A stretch of DNA of 63,256 nucleotides, filler included, from Choristocarpus tenellus KU-1152 (lineage: Eukaryota; Protista; Phaeophyceae), in the NCBI GenBank assembly GCA_964200185.2. It is 13 parts of 13 records of this genome, joined end to end, with 100 filler letters (N's around TTAATTAATTAA, not from the genome) between each part and the next. Parts side by side here need not be neighbours in the genome. Positions count along the whole stretch, not along the records: positions 37,944 to 43,828 come from CAXNAD020009513.1; positions 43,929 to 46,701 come from CAXNAD020024871.1; positions 46,802 to 50,155 come from CAXNAD020020593.1; positions 50,256 to 53,975 come from CAXNAD020018317.1; 9 more parts are not named here. The stretch is one strand, 5' to 3'. Every line of letters starts with the position of its first letter. Position 1 is the first letter of the stretch. Made by a program: the position numbers and the translations under genes. The notes under the pieces are model-generated. The model was not told the origin of the DNA. It searched no databases and worked only from the letters and a program-made list of their open reading frames with translations. This document shows positions 38,279 through 51,231 of the stretch, piece by piece.

Positions 38279-38360
38279 TGATTCTACTGATATTTACTCA
38301 GGGCTGACTACAAGTATTTTTCGGTTTATTGTAGTCAGCCCTGGGTAGATATCGGAATTA
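38279..38360 (+). ncRNA. Candidate pre-miRNA hairpin
   Basis: 38287-38313 pairs with 38329-38355 over 27 contiguous bp with three G:U pairs, 15-nt loop; short further basal pairing. Confidence 0.45.
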
Positions 38361-41359
38361 TTACCTTACAGCAAGGTCTTCATTAAGGTTGTGTTCTTTG
38401 GCCCATACGTTTCAATATCTCATCACCGCAACAAAAATTGGAGACTCGTTTTCGCAGGATCAACTTCACGCGTGGGGGGTGAGCGACTATTAAACACAGT
38501 TACGTCTGGGATCTTCTCAGTAGAAAGCAGAAGCAGGGTGAACATGAGAAGCACTTGCGGATGTGCGTGTTCACAAGAAGATCATGTTGATAGGTCTGGG
38601 TTTGCGGTTGAGGGGTGGTATCATCAAGGGGAAAAGTCGTCACAGGCGTTACACATGAACGATATATGGAAACAAGTGCTTTGCGGATGAGTGGCAAGTT
38701 AGAGAGGGCGTGATAGCTGATGTATGTAAGGTTAAAGCATCAGTTTAGGAAACTATACCAGATAAGGCGCAGGCACGTCAAATACTGCCTGTCAAAAATT
38801 GCTTTTCTCTCATTGGTCTCTTTTGGTGGTTTATCCATTCCTACTTGAATACATTTTCTGCGTCTCGCCCTTGTGGTATGTCATGAGTAGTGTCCAGATG
38901 GATTGATTAGATGTGACTCTAACTTTCCTTACCCTTACGACTTTGGCGATCCTAAATGAATCCATGACAATCTGCCCCATCGATTAGATAATTTTTGGCC
39001 ACTCGGGTTTGGGACCCATGAGACCAATAATGTGAAGAGTAATAAGGGTATTACGATAATAAATACCTTAAGGCTTATACTGACAATGCGTATAGTTTTC
39101 ATTGGTTTCCCCCTGACACATCTGGAAAATTTCAGAGGGCATAATAATAAAATAATAAACACCTCGTATATGGTACAGGCCGTACTAGTGGTATATCAAT
39201 TGTACTACCAAGCACTAATAACAAATTCAAATAAATTAATGCTGGTTACTGAAACCTGCACCAAAGAATTAAGAACACACATAAACCATGTGTGGGGAGA
39301 GGGAACCAATAAACCATACTTAATGGCATACAACAAACGAGTTGATCATCATTCTGGCAGTCGACCAAATTATCCTCTTCAAGGTCCTCGAAATATAACA
39401 CAGTGGATGTACATATGAACAACTCCCGCGGCCTTGACGGCAGTAATGGCGAGCAGATGACAACCTTACCAGGGGGACTCAAGATTCGGTTATATACGTA
39501 ATTACTATACTATACCCCGAAAGAGTATATTGTATTGTCGTACACCACTCTCTGTCATTATTGAGTTCCTGTGTGTATGTCCGTGATCTCAGTACCACCA
39601 GTTGTTTTGTCATCACAAGAGACTCTCCTTCTGCTGGGTCTGCTAGCGTAACTATTACTACAAATAGAGGATACCCAAACAACCCCAACTCAAGGATCAG
39701 GAAAATGTGGAAGACAAGGCTTGAGGAATTTACAGATGGATCTCATCCAAGAGGTATGAACTATGTGGGGACAGACTATTGATACTATTACTTAATCCAA
39801 AGTAATATTACCTCCAACTACTGCTGCTGCTGCTGCTGCTACTACTACTACCTCTACTACTACAACAAGGACTACTATAGTGCTTGATAACAACGTATCC
39901 CCTTTGCTGGAAGATGCAATCCTGTTGGCATGCGGACGTCGAAAATTTGTTTTCACCTACTACCTGCCTTTCTTTGACTGTTTCACATACAGCTAGATAT
40001 GCATGCCCCTTGCAGAGAAGATTTATTGTTGGGTATGGTATACAAACGACTACTACTACCACCATTTCCACTACTACTAATACTAACATATTACCACAAC
40101 CTGATGATGTCCCTCTTACGTCAAGGTACACAATAATTAGGTACTGTTCACTTCGAGAATTTTGCATACACCCACCTACACGTGCCACCTCTACTACTAC
40201 AATTCCTCCAATCCAAGCAACCTTCATTATTAGTGGTTTTGAATTGTTTGACGATGGTCACAACTATCCACAGGTTCGCTTCTAGCGATGATGCTATATA
40301 CTATATATATAGCCACTACTATTATATCAATACAGTGTAGTATCTTCAAAATAATTGACTGTCGTCGGAACAGCTCGCACACAGAATCTAACTGTACTTG
40401 CTCACAAGTAGGTGCATACCATTCTATATTTATCCTTTTTGGCTCGCCAGGTTCTGTATTACACTTATCCTTTTAAGCTCGTCAGTTTTTTTCTGTATTA
40501 TACTTCAAAGGCTTACAATATACTAGTAACAGATTTGTGAGGGACAGGTCCCGAATATACAGCAAGCATTGACACTTTCGCTGTCCACTACATTTAAAAA
40601 AATGTAGTATTGTAGTGTGTTCACCCATCATGTAGATATGTGTAGGAGGAATATTATGGTGCCAATAAACAACTTGAATTATTGAATTATTGTTCACTTT
40701 CAAACCACAATTTGTTCGAAAGTACTGTTTGTTTAGGTACCTACGTCATCTTGTGCATCGATCGCATTTTACCTCTCATTATGACATACATTTATTACAG
40801 ATCAAATTGATGTTTTTTAAGGGAAGGAAGTTCACAACTAAATTTTTACCGTGTTGTCGATCGCTTTGGTGTGCACTTTACACTGTGTTTTTTCACCATG
40901 TACTGCTGCTACATACTGTACATGCGATAATGACACACAATAATGACACACAATAATGACACACAATAATGATAAAACCTGTACACGCCCTTCCAGCTAC
41001 AAACACTCTTCCTCCTGCACACCCTTCTCCTTCCTGCTGGACTGTCGTGGCTGTAATGAGCTAGAAAACAAGTAGGAAGACCGACCACACAAAAATAGAA
41101 AGTTCCGATATAGATAACTATGTAGACACAAGGCAAGCGTGTATGTGAATCGATACAGTATTCCATAAATACATTATTATACATAGTACACAACTACTCC
41201 AAAGTAAGGAACAAATATTAGATAGGCATTTTCCGCAACTATTTTTCTTTGTTCTTGCTCAACCAAGTCTGATAGGACAAAATAATATGAGATTAAATAA
41301 GGGGGCAAGGCACACATACCACCTGTAAATAGTAGTGGGTTTTGTTAATCTCTAAGGGT

Positions 41360-42135
41360 CGCAAAACGAGATACCAATGCAGAGCTAGAGATTAACCTAA
41401 ACGAGAGGTGTTTGAGTGGGCCAAGAAAGTGTTATATTTGTCAAGGTTGGTAGCAGCTAGGTGTGGTAAATATCGTTTTACAAATATTATGTGTGGAAGG
41501 GGTGACAAGGTTTGTAGTTACAAGATAAGATCATAGTTACAGGGTGCATTCGAGGTGTTTCAATGTTTCATTGCACGTTTTGACCGAGCAAAACTCAGAT
41601 GTTGATAAACCATGAGTTAAACTAATAAACGAGATATACCATGGTTGCATTTCAAGGGTGCTCGTAAATATGTTCAAAATTCGGGTTTCTTTTTCAAATA
41701 TGTATAGGATATTTTCCAGATCCTGTTGACAAGTTTCAAACATTAGAGAAATCAATCCTCTAATGTCAAAGTTAGCACTTCAACCATAGAAATATGGTTA
41801 AATTGCAAGAGATTGAAAAACTGCATTATGATGCAAAACGGATAAAGACTGGGTACCTCTCGTTTACTTTGGCTCCATGTTAACGTTTCTTCGTGTGGAA
41901 ATATATCCTGACAGAGAGAAAACCAAAGTAAACGAGTGGTACCAAGGTTTTTGCTGGCTTTTCAATCTTTCGCAGTTCAACCAAGTTTCTACGGATGAAA
42001 CGCTAAATCTACCTTGATAGGGTTGATTGACGCAATTCGGAAAATATTCTATACGCATTTGTAAAAAAATGAATTTTGGACATATTTGCTGACATCCTTA
42101 TAATACAACTATGGGTACCTCTCGTTTACTTTGAC
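41360..42135. repeat. Repeat family B: array of AAACGAGA(G/T)GTACC-like motifs in both orientations
   Basis: Motif at ~41363, 41398, 41626 and 41928, inverted at 41852 and 42114. 41852-41872 and 41923-41943 form a 21-bp inverted repeat with one mismatch. Confidence 0.7.
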
Positions 42136-43208
42136 TCAGATCACGCCCAGATTCTTGTATGGGTATGGCCAGTGTGGTGTGGATGGAGAGTGATAAAATG
42201 CTCAGAAATACGAAATTTGCTATATCACTAAGCTAAAGTTCTTCTTCTTTATATTATTTGTGTGAAAAGTGCGTGAAAAGGATTATCTCCATGGGTGTGA
42301 GCTTCATGTAGTCGCTATAAATCTGACATGATGATCAACCTCACCTCCCTGAAACCTAGTTACATTGTAATTCCTGCGCCACCTCTCTCTGTCCGTCACT
42401 ATCTTTTTGCGAAACTTCGATAATCGACCAACAAAAACCACTGTAATCAACACCACCAGGGTCACATGGGGAACCACAGACGCCCACAAGAGGACGAGCA
42501 GGAGGCATGCCTCTACATGGTGGCTCAACAACTATTCTTCTTCAGCTGTAGGATGTCCAAGGCCATCACAGCTCTCTACCTCACCTATCTCTTTCGTCGT
42601 CATCGATCCCCAGTAGTAGTAATTGAAAGGTCAACCTTCATCCCCAGTACACCTAACTGTATACGTCTTATAAACTCCTTCTTGACCATGGTCCCCTCGT
42701 TCCCGTTTGGCGCATCCCCTAAACACTACCATCCTTCCTGGTGTCTGGTTTGCCATGTTTGCCAACACAAAAATCTACGATACACCATGTTGTCAACCAT
42801 GTATAATGCCAATGGAATCATTCCTTATTGCGACTTCATGAATCAATTCTCTCAACAAAAAGAATTGTAGTAAGTAGTCAGTGACAAGGTGGAAGTAGTG
42901 AAGGTTCTCATATGCGTACAAGTACAATTATTACTCTTCACATTGTTAGGTTGATGGTTCAAGACCTATCGTTGAAAGAATGTGATGAATTAGAAAAAGA
43001 GAATTTCCAACACAATCCTTTCAGGAAATACAAGAATAAAAGAAGAAAAAATATATATCAACCTATCTTTTTGTTATTATTTGTATCACTATCTTAATAT
43101 TATTACCATTTAGTATGTATACTATCCCATATTACATTTTGTTGTTCTTGATATCATTTTATTATTTGTTCCTAGTGTGAGAGACTATACCACACACTTC
43201 ACAACTTA

Positions 43209-43401
43209 CCATTCCAAGTACTACTGGAAGTACCTATTACACTAACACCAATTGTACAATCTCCTTTCTCGCCTTCCTTCTCGTCTGTTGACTTCACTCC
43301 GCCTGTTGGGTTCATCGCTCTCATCGCTCGTCGCTCTGCCTCGCCCCTCAAATCTTCTACTGAACCCGCCTCGACGTTGCTATACCTCGATCGATCTTGG
43401 T
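43209..43401 (-). CDS. Putative exon of an unknown gene
   Basis: Open hydrophilic frame (DQDRSRYSNVEAGSVEDLRGEAERR...) between a cag acceptor and a G|gtaagt donor; no recognisable domain. Confidence 0.3.
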
Positions 43402-44039
43402 CTGGCGTTTTTTTTAGTAATGACCAAGAATCGCTTGTGTGTTTGTCACATGGAAATGGATAATCGAAACAAGATTTCATGGAAAAGAAGGTTGGAGTCG
43501 ATGGGGTTCAAACTCATTGCACTTCAATGCCCGATTACACAATCCAATCAATCGGGCAATACACCAAATTCCATGGACCTCATCGATTTGATAGATTTAC
43601 AAAATTAGTTTGAAGTACGTCGCAGAGATGCTTGAAAAAAAAAATGGAATATGTTGTCAAGCAGAAGGAAACAACACACAGCATACTAGAACCCGTCATC
43701 AGAAAGGCACCCCAAAAGTAATTTTAAGAAGAGATACGCCTATATGTGCCAATAAAGTGATAGTTTATGAAGTAAACTGAGTTTTGTGGGCGGGAGAATT
43801 CTGGTTGGCTGGGGGTACAGGTCAAGAANNNNNNNNNNNNNNNNNNNNNNNNNNNNNNNNNNNNNNNNNNNNTTAATTAATTAANNNNNNNNNNNNNNNN
43901 NNNNNNNNNNNNNNNNNNNNNNNNNNNNCCCCTTTTTCCTTACACCCCAAGGCCCCTCACCCTCCCCCCCCCCCTCCCCCTTCCCCCCCCCCCCCCGACA
44001 ATCACTTGCCCGCCTACCCCTGCTTGCTCAAAGACATAC

Positions 44040-46528
44040 CCTAGCATTCGTGGACGTACCATCTTCCGCGCTAAGGACCGCCTCATGCTCACCAAGTCCA
44101 TTCTGGCAAGTTTCTTTGATCTGGGGGTGCTGCAAGCTAGGGGAGTTATACATAGTGTCAGCCCTCTTCATGATGCGAATCGGGGGGAGAGGATCACCAC
44201 AGAGGTATTCATTACCCTAGGTATACTTGTCTGTGTCATGTAGACACTATTTGTTGTGCCTAGCGGGGGATGCGCTGTGGTCCAGGTTGTGTGAGTACAC
44301 AGTTGTGTGTTGTGGACATGTTGTGTCCTTCCATGTACGTGCCCGTTTTGTGTTGGGTTAGGGTTAGGGTTAGGGAGGGAGTAGAAGTGGAGTTCAATGT
44401 AGGCGGGCGTTCATGTGTGGGTGTATTGGGTTGATGGGTTTGCGCGTGTTCTTTTTGGTGGAGGCGTTTGTGCTCTGTGATAGACTGTGGTGCTTGTGCT
44501 CTTTTGATGGGCAAATGACTGAGTGAAGGAAGGAAGGAAGGAGATGAAGAGTACAGAGAATAATTGAAAGGGGAGGGGGAGCTTAGAGGGGCAGGAAGGG
44601 GGAGAGAGGAGAGAATCAAGACAGATTGATCACATGTTCACACCTCTATACTATTTAGGTTTGGAGTATGGTATAGGGTTGAGATGACTGAGGTGGGATC
44701 AAGGTGGTAAGAAGTCGAGGTTGAGGAGTGAGGGAATGGTTCTCCCCCCCCCCTTCCCTCTCTTGAGTTATTTGAACATAATAGGAGTCATAGCCTGGTG
44801 GACACTCCGGAACTTCAAAGTGGGATATGATTTGGTTGTTAATAACTGCATTTTGCTATGTTAGGGTTAGGGTTGAGGTCAAGCTCAATGAAGGAGGTTT
44901 TGGAGAAGATGAGAAAGGGAGCCACTTGGAATATTGAATGCCAAGTGATTGTCAGAGTTAGGACTACAGCGGCACACTGGAGAGTTCCAATACAACATAT
45001 CATCACATGGAATTTGTGTACCCGAGAATGGAGGTAGTACAGCAGTACCCTTGATGGAGCAAGAGATGACAACCTGTCTAGTAGATGGATGTAACTGTTG
45101 TAACTGCTGCCTTACAGTAACAATAATGGTAATACTATAAAGCAATCTTTTCGATGCATTCGGTTAGGTTGTTGCTTCGAACTACTTCCAAGCAGCAGTC
45201 TAGAGGAAGCGTTACATCTACCTTCCCCCCCTTCCCCCCCCCTCCCCTTTCATTCAGTCCCAGCGTCCCTCCCCACATACAATGGATGACTTGATATCCT
45301 ATCCAGATTCTGATGAAGCGGTGGGTGCTGGGGTTTATTCGGGAGAGCTGCTATCAAGTGGGGGCTCCAATGCTAAGCATGGAGGTAGGGGGCTATTGGT
45401 GGCAGTGGTCTCCACATGTGTCAATTCCTTACGTCTTATTCTAGAAGTGCTGCTGTCACCGAGCTGTGTCTTCAATTTGATGGAATTGGATGTGATGTTT
45501 CAGTGCTTGAGGCCCTTAGATTTTGGTGGGGGTGAAATTAGGATTTTTTTTTTTAGAGTTAAGGATGGAATTAATTAAGTCTGTTTTCGTGGAGGACTAT
45601 TGTTGCTGTTTATGGGTTAAGGACTTTGACAGTGCAAGGTCAGGGAGAATGCCAAGGATTTTAATACTGTAGTTGTTTGTGTATGTTGACAAAATAGTAT
45701 ACAAAAACTAGATTACTAAAGAATGTATGAGATCTGAGGATGAGGATAGGATGTTTAAGGAACATGAGTATAGATAGGGTCAGGGTGTGGGGCTAGATAG
45801 AACTCTCTCAACGATTTCCTCTATGATTCATTGGGATCAGTACCACTTCAGTTTCGAAAAAAATATCAGGGGGTTTTCAGCACCTTAGATAGGCGAAACG
45901 AAACCTGCACCAAACACTTTACATTTTTTCTTTTGGTTTCAGAATTTCTTTGCATCCGTAGTTTATCATCTAGATAGGCCCACCCATATCTATACTGGTA
46001 TCAGTGTTAGATGGGGCACATGAGGAGATTGGGGGGACAAGCTTGCAGTTGAAAGGGTGAAATAGACCAGAGATGGGAGAGAGAGGTAAAGAGGTAGAAG
46101 AGGAAGGGAGAAGAGGTATTGAGTGGGGAGGTGTGGCGGGGGAAGGATTGTGAGGTCTCAAGGAGTAGTGATGGGGGAGGACGATTATGGATGTGAGCGG
46201 TATATACATTGAACCTTCTTTTTTTCTTTGTTTCCTTCTCAAAGAGCCAGTTTGGAGTTGAGGCATGATTTTTTTCTTCTTCTTTTGGACAATACTGACA
46301 CAGAAAATCCCTCGAGTTGAATAGCATCGGTCGGTCGGGGGAGGGAGGGATGTAGAAGAGAAAGGACTATACTCACTTCCGATGGCTTTGTTGTTGTACA
46401 CCGTCTTGCTAGTACTGATTGACACCAATCAATTGATAACGCCTGGCCAATCACGTTGAATTCATCTTTGGCGGATCTTTCTGTTGGTGGTACCGGTGCC
46501 TGCCCAGTGGTGTCAAATTCAGAAGTTA
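44040..46528 (-). CDS. Putative exons of an unknown gene
   Basis: Open segments with AG/GT borders at ~46528-46377 (TSEFDTTGQAPV...KPSE|gtgagt) and ~44120-44040 (|gtatgt); no homology recognised. Confidence 0.3.
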
Positions 46529-46909
46529 CTTGTAACAAATATATCAAAATACATCAAAATATGTTATCAGCGGTGAGCTATGGAGTGATGTAAAATGATG
46601 GCGTAAGGTCAAGTTCACACGGTCCCCCGGTGGGTCGTGTTGGATGCTCAGTCTCCATTCACATAAAAAAAAAAATTGAAGTGTATCTTCTCCTCTCCCC
46701 CNNNNNNNNNNNNNNNNNNNNNNNNNNNNNNNNNNNNNNNNNNNNTTAATTAATTAANNNNNNNNNNNNNNNNNNNNNNNNNNNNNNNNNNNNNNNNNNN
46801 NCTTGCATCTTTTTCAACAGTGCCATGCTCCCTCCAGTAGATATGCAGATGTCTCTCACTACACCCCCTGCCCTCACCCATGTCCCCCAACTTCGTTCCA
46901 TGGTGTCAG

Positions 46910-49417
46910 GTATGCCTCCAAGGAGATGAGCTTTATTTGGTCCCCGGCAAAGAAGTTCCGAACTTGGCGACTCATGTGGATAGCACTTGCCACTGCTGAA
47001 AAGGAGCTAGGCAAGTCGAGATTCTTTTTTGTTGCACTTTTGTACAGGACAACTCCCATCGTCTATTTATACATAAGAAAAGTTTTTGTTTTTATTCTGT
47101 TAAGGGGGGGCAACATTGTTGTTCAATAGGTCTGGAAGGCGATAAATTTTTGTGTAGCGTTTGTTTTGTCTCTTGTGTTTCTAATATTGCAGTCTCCAAC
47201 TGGTGCCTCTCTCCCTCTGGGTTTGGATAACATTTGTGTGTGTGCAGTGCAAGGGTGACACATGCACACATGGCACAGAGAGAAGGAGAGAGATAGAGAG
47301 GGACTGCCCCTTTCTGTTGTATGTCTGGTTTTACCACGCTATGGTGAGATTTACAAGTACCTGATGCACCTTTCCTGTACATGAATAATTTTTCGGGTGT
47401 GAACGTGTTGCTTTTAAAAAAAGATCTTTGTAGAGATCCTTGGGTTTGATGAACTTGCTCGTTCTGTTGGTGCCCAGGAGCTCTCTTCCGCGAGGTAGAT
47501 GTCACTGTCTCTCAGAGTTGCCAGGGAACACCTGAAAAATTATATGGAGAGTAGCTTCCGTGGGATAGTGGACCTACAGTGACACATGTGCATATGCATG
47601 CATTGCGGTGAAACTGACCCTCCCATTATGCTCGCCCTGCCTGACTTTCCCCTCTATGTGAAACACAATCACTGATCACTGATCTCCCTGGTTTGTTCGG
47701 CCAGGCTTGGAAATCAGCGACGAGCAGTTGGAGGAGATGCGGCAGCAAATCGACAACATCGATTGGGGTTACGCGGCCGCTAAGGAGAAGGAGGTTCGCC
47801 ACGATGTCATGGGACATGTTCATGCGTTTGGTCATGTCTGTCCCAAGGTGTGTATGCTGACGACGTTGACGTGGACTGATTGTATGTTGTGCTCAGGATG
47901 TGTATGCGCTGGTCTTGGCGCTATGGATCTACTAGGAGTAGTGTGGGTGCTTTTTTTTGTCTTCTAGCTCTTTCCCGTCGCGGTACAATCGTTGGTGGGT
48001 GTGGACAATAAACTGCACGTTTTTGTAGTATCGGTGGTAGTATTGTGCTTTGCTGTGGGGGGTACCTCTGTAGATGCACTGCGCTCGTCGTAGCCGCGGG
48101 TACTTCGAAACATACTGGGCTTTGTTGTGATGGTACAACAGTTCCTTGTTGATATTATTGCTGGTAGGTGTAGTAGTAGTCGTGGTGTGACAAACGGTTC
48201 TTTGTTGTACAGGGAGCAAGTACTTCTGGAGTGATGTGGATATAAGAAGAGAGAGAGAGAGAGAGAGAGGCGACCTTGTGATTCCTTTTTTTTTCTGGGG
48301 TATTTGTGAGCTGAGCATAATCGCTAAATATGGAGGGAGTGTACTGCTGTGCTATTGCCCTTGAGAAACTTTGTGTGTCCTTGAAGAGTATTGACGATAT
48401 TTTAAACTTAAAATGTATGCTTCGGGACTTTCTGTCCGAGGGGGTCTGCTTGTTGTTTTTTCCTGAGATAGTGATGATTGCATTATTGATACCTCCTCTG
48501 TTTTGAGCACCTTGAAAAAAAATGAGAAGATGGTTTGTGTGGATCCCATGCACCTACAAGGTGATGCGGATGGGTGACAATTGAAGGGCATGGGATGGTA
48601 CCATATATAGTACCATATATGCCCTTGTGAGAATTACAAAGTGCTCTTGTTTGACAGGGTTGTACCACCTTTTGAGTCAATGAGAAAGTATCCAGTAAAC
48701 AGACAGGACGATAGTGCAGGAGAGTTGGAGATGAGAAGTTATAGTGAAATCTGTGAGTGTTTGTATGTAGTAGTACATTTATGCATGCAAAGAAGTTGAT
48801 CTGTCCTGTGATACATTCTTCATGTATTTACTTGAAGCGTCACATTGGGCAGGGTTGGGGGAAACCTGCAGAATGCTCCTATGTACTTTTTGTGACTATT
48901 TTAAAACACTGTAAGAGCAGAAAGGCGTTATTGTTTGCTCTCTACCTGCAAAATGTTATCGACTTCGATGTAGTTAATAGCTTCTTTAAAAAAATATAAT
49001 ATCCTGTGTTTTATTTTTTTTGTTCTTTTATGTACTAGTGTCCCATTATTTACATCAATGGCAGAATCATTCGCTATTAGCTCTCTTTACCACAGTTGGA
49101 AGCACCAAGTATAAGCAGAAAGGAAAAAAAAAGAAGAGTTCTAGCAACATTTCTTTGAAAAAAAATCTTCAAAGAAAAACCGTAAAAGTGATTCTGTAGG
49201 GGTAGGAAGGAGGTGTACTTCAATTGCAGGTAACCAAGCAAGATCGTATGCATCGAGGAGAGAGCCGTAACCAATAGCCTACCCCAATTAATAGCCTTGT
49301 CCCTTTGAGTACAAAATGACTCCGTATTCCCCCCTCCGTTCCCCTTCCCCCCCGCCCCTGACCTGGCTACTGTTTTTGGCTTTCAATCCTTGTGTGCGTT
49401 GGTTCTTTCTTCATTTC

Positions 49418-49454
<37 letters not shown>

Positions 49455-49594
49455 TATGTCATGGGCAGGCGATGCCCATCATTCACCTGGGGGCCACGAG
49501 CTGCTACGTGGGGGACAACACTGACATTGTCCAGATCAGAGATGGGCTCACCTTATTGCGCAGAAAGCTAGTCAAGTTCTTGGCCGTGATGCAG
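46910..49594 (+). CDS. ADSL: Adenylosuccinate lyase, three internal exons
   Basis: Exons 46910-47010 ([24 protein letters not shown]...), 47705-47847 (...[21 protein letters not shown]) and 49469-49594 ([19 protein letters not shown]...). RHDV and HLGATS signatures present. Confidence 0.97.
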
Positions 49595-50255
49595 GTCAGG
49601 AGTAAGATTGGGGTTGCCAATGTTTGCTGCACTGAGCACAGGAGGTTCTTGGGCGGTGGGTGGATGGTGGAGTCAGTGTTGTAGTACATGGCAAGGCTTT
49701 TTATATAGTGTCAATTGTTGTGTTGAGTAACTCTGTGCCCTGATCATGTGCTTACTTTTTTTTCTTTCGAGTCAATGGCAGCATTGGAGTGATCAAAATG
49801 TGCTACTGTTGTTGAGATCTGTTTTGTTTTTTTGAAGTATACACGCAAGGAGTAGATGTTTTTTCTAATATAATTTTTTTTATTGGGAAGTACTGCATAC
49901 CTTGGCCTTTGCGATAGTGCTTTATGTTTTGTTTTTTTATTGCAAAACGTAGCAGCCAGGGTTTTTTTTTAATCGAAGGAGCAACTTTTTGGGGGGGAGG
50001 AGAGCAGGAAGGCGGTAACACCGTTGTGCATTTTTGGCACACAATTTTAGGTGTCTTAACTAGAGAGACCCCCTCTAAAAGGTATCGATGCTGCTGGGTG
50101 GTCATTCTCTTCAAAACTGTATGCGTAGAACCATTGTCATGGGGGGGGGGGGGGGNNNNNNNNNNNNNNNNNNNNNNNNNNNNNNNNNNNNNNNNNNNNT
50201 TAATTAATTAANNNNNNNNNNNNNNNNNNNNNNNNNNNNNNNNNNNNNNNNNNNN

Positions 50256-51231
50256 TGATACCATGTGGTCTGGATGGTAATGGGTATCCATTCCATGGCA
50301 CTCGAGAATGGGTAAAGAAGCTGTACCCAGTTGTGCAGGTAAACACTCCTGATCTCCGCTGTAGATACTTTTTCCTTTTTCCAAATTGACACCCTAACCC
50401 TAACCCCAACCCATTGGCTATCTTAGGTGTTGTGTTTTCCCTCGCTTCATTTTCTGCATAGGGTTAGTATACTGTTGTAGCCTCCTGTGTAAGTGTTAAG
50501 GCTTTAGGGTTTGGTAAGTAATCTACCCGAAGGTATGGTGTAGTGGGATATCTTATTTTTGGGGTGTGCATCACCTTGTACTCTAATCCTGCACAAAACC
50601 AGTGTCTTCTGGGTGGCAATTGAGCTGGATATGGTTAATTTTTTGCGATTATTAGCCGATGGTTGATCTTCTCACTACAAATGCTAGGTTGAAATTTGCA
50701 CGAGGTCGCTTAAAATTATGTTGTACAAGAATGTTGGGTACTTGCAACTTTCCTAGTAACCAGCCTTTCTAGGTTATGTTGATATCAGCAATCGACATTT
50801 CTTCAACACCATGTCTTGAATAATTTACAATTTTGCTCACCCAGGTGACAGCTGTCATTGTTGCGGCGGCTTGCAAGACTGCTGGTGGGGTAGAGATACC
50901 TCATATGAGTGATTTAGTTAACAAGTTTAAGGAGAAACTTGCTGAGGAGATCTCGGATAGGGTAGTGACTGACGAAGCTCTTCAAGGAATGATGGGCGGT
51001 GATGGGGACCTGGAAGCTGGGGTTCAAGTGTGTGTTGAGAAATCATATGATGATCTAAGGGAGTTCATGAACAAGCAGGAGGACAAACTGGAGAAGAGAA
51101 GTCGGGAAGGAAAGGCAGATGTTGACTTCAAGGATGTGATGAAACTGGTGGGGGAGGGTGGGGGAGGGAGGGCGTGGGTGGGGAATGATAACGTAGATAA
51201 GTGGAACGCACAGCTTCCTTCAGGACAATGA
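50256..51231 (+). CDS. LRR-GTPase of the ROCO family (brown-algal type), last two exons
   Basis: Exon to 50338 (IPCGLDGNGYPFHGTREWVKKLYPVVQ|gtaaac) and terminal exon 50845-51231 (...SYDDLREFMNKQE...VDFKDVMKLV.EGGGGRAWVGNDNVDKW...*). Resembles the C-terminus of Ectocarpus ROCO proteins as I recall it. Confidence 0.8.

Noticed and set aside
29147-40972. Short direct repeats (29147-29197, 30917-31005, 40928-40972) as CRISPR-like arrays
   Set aside because: Simple tandem duplications without unique spacers; no cas genes; eukaryotic context.
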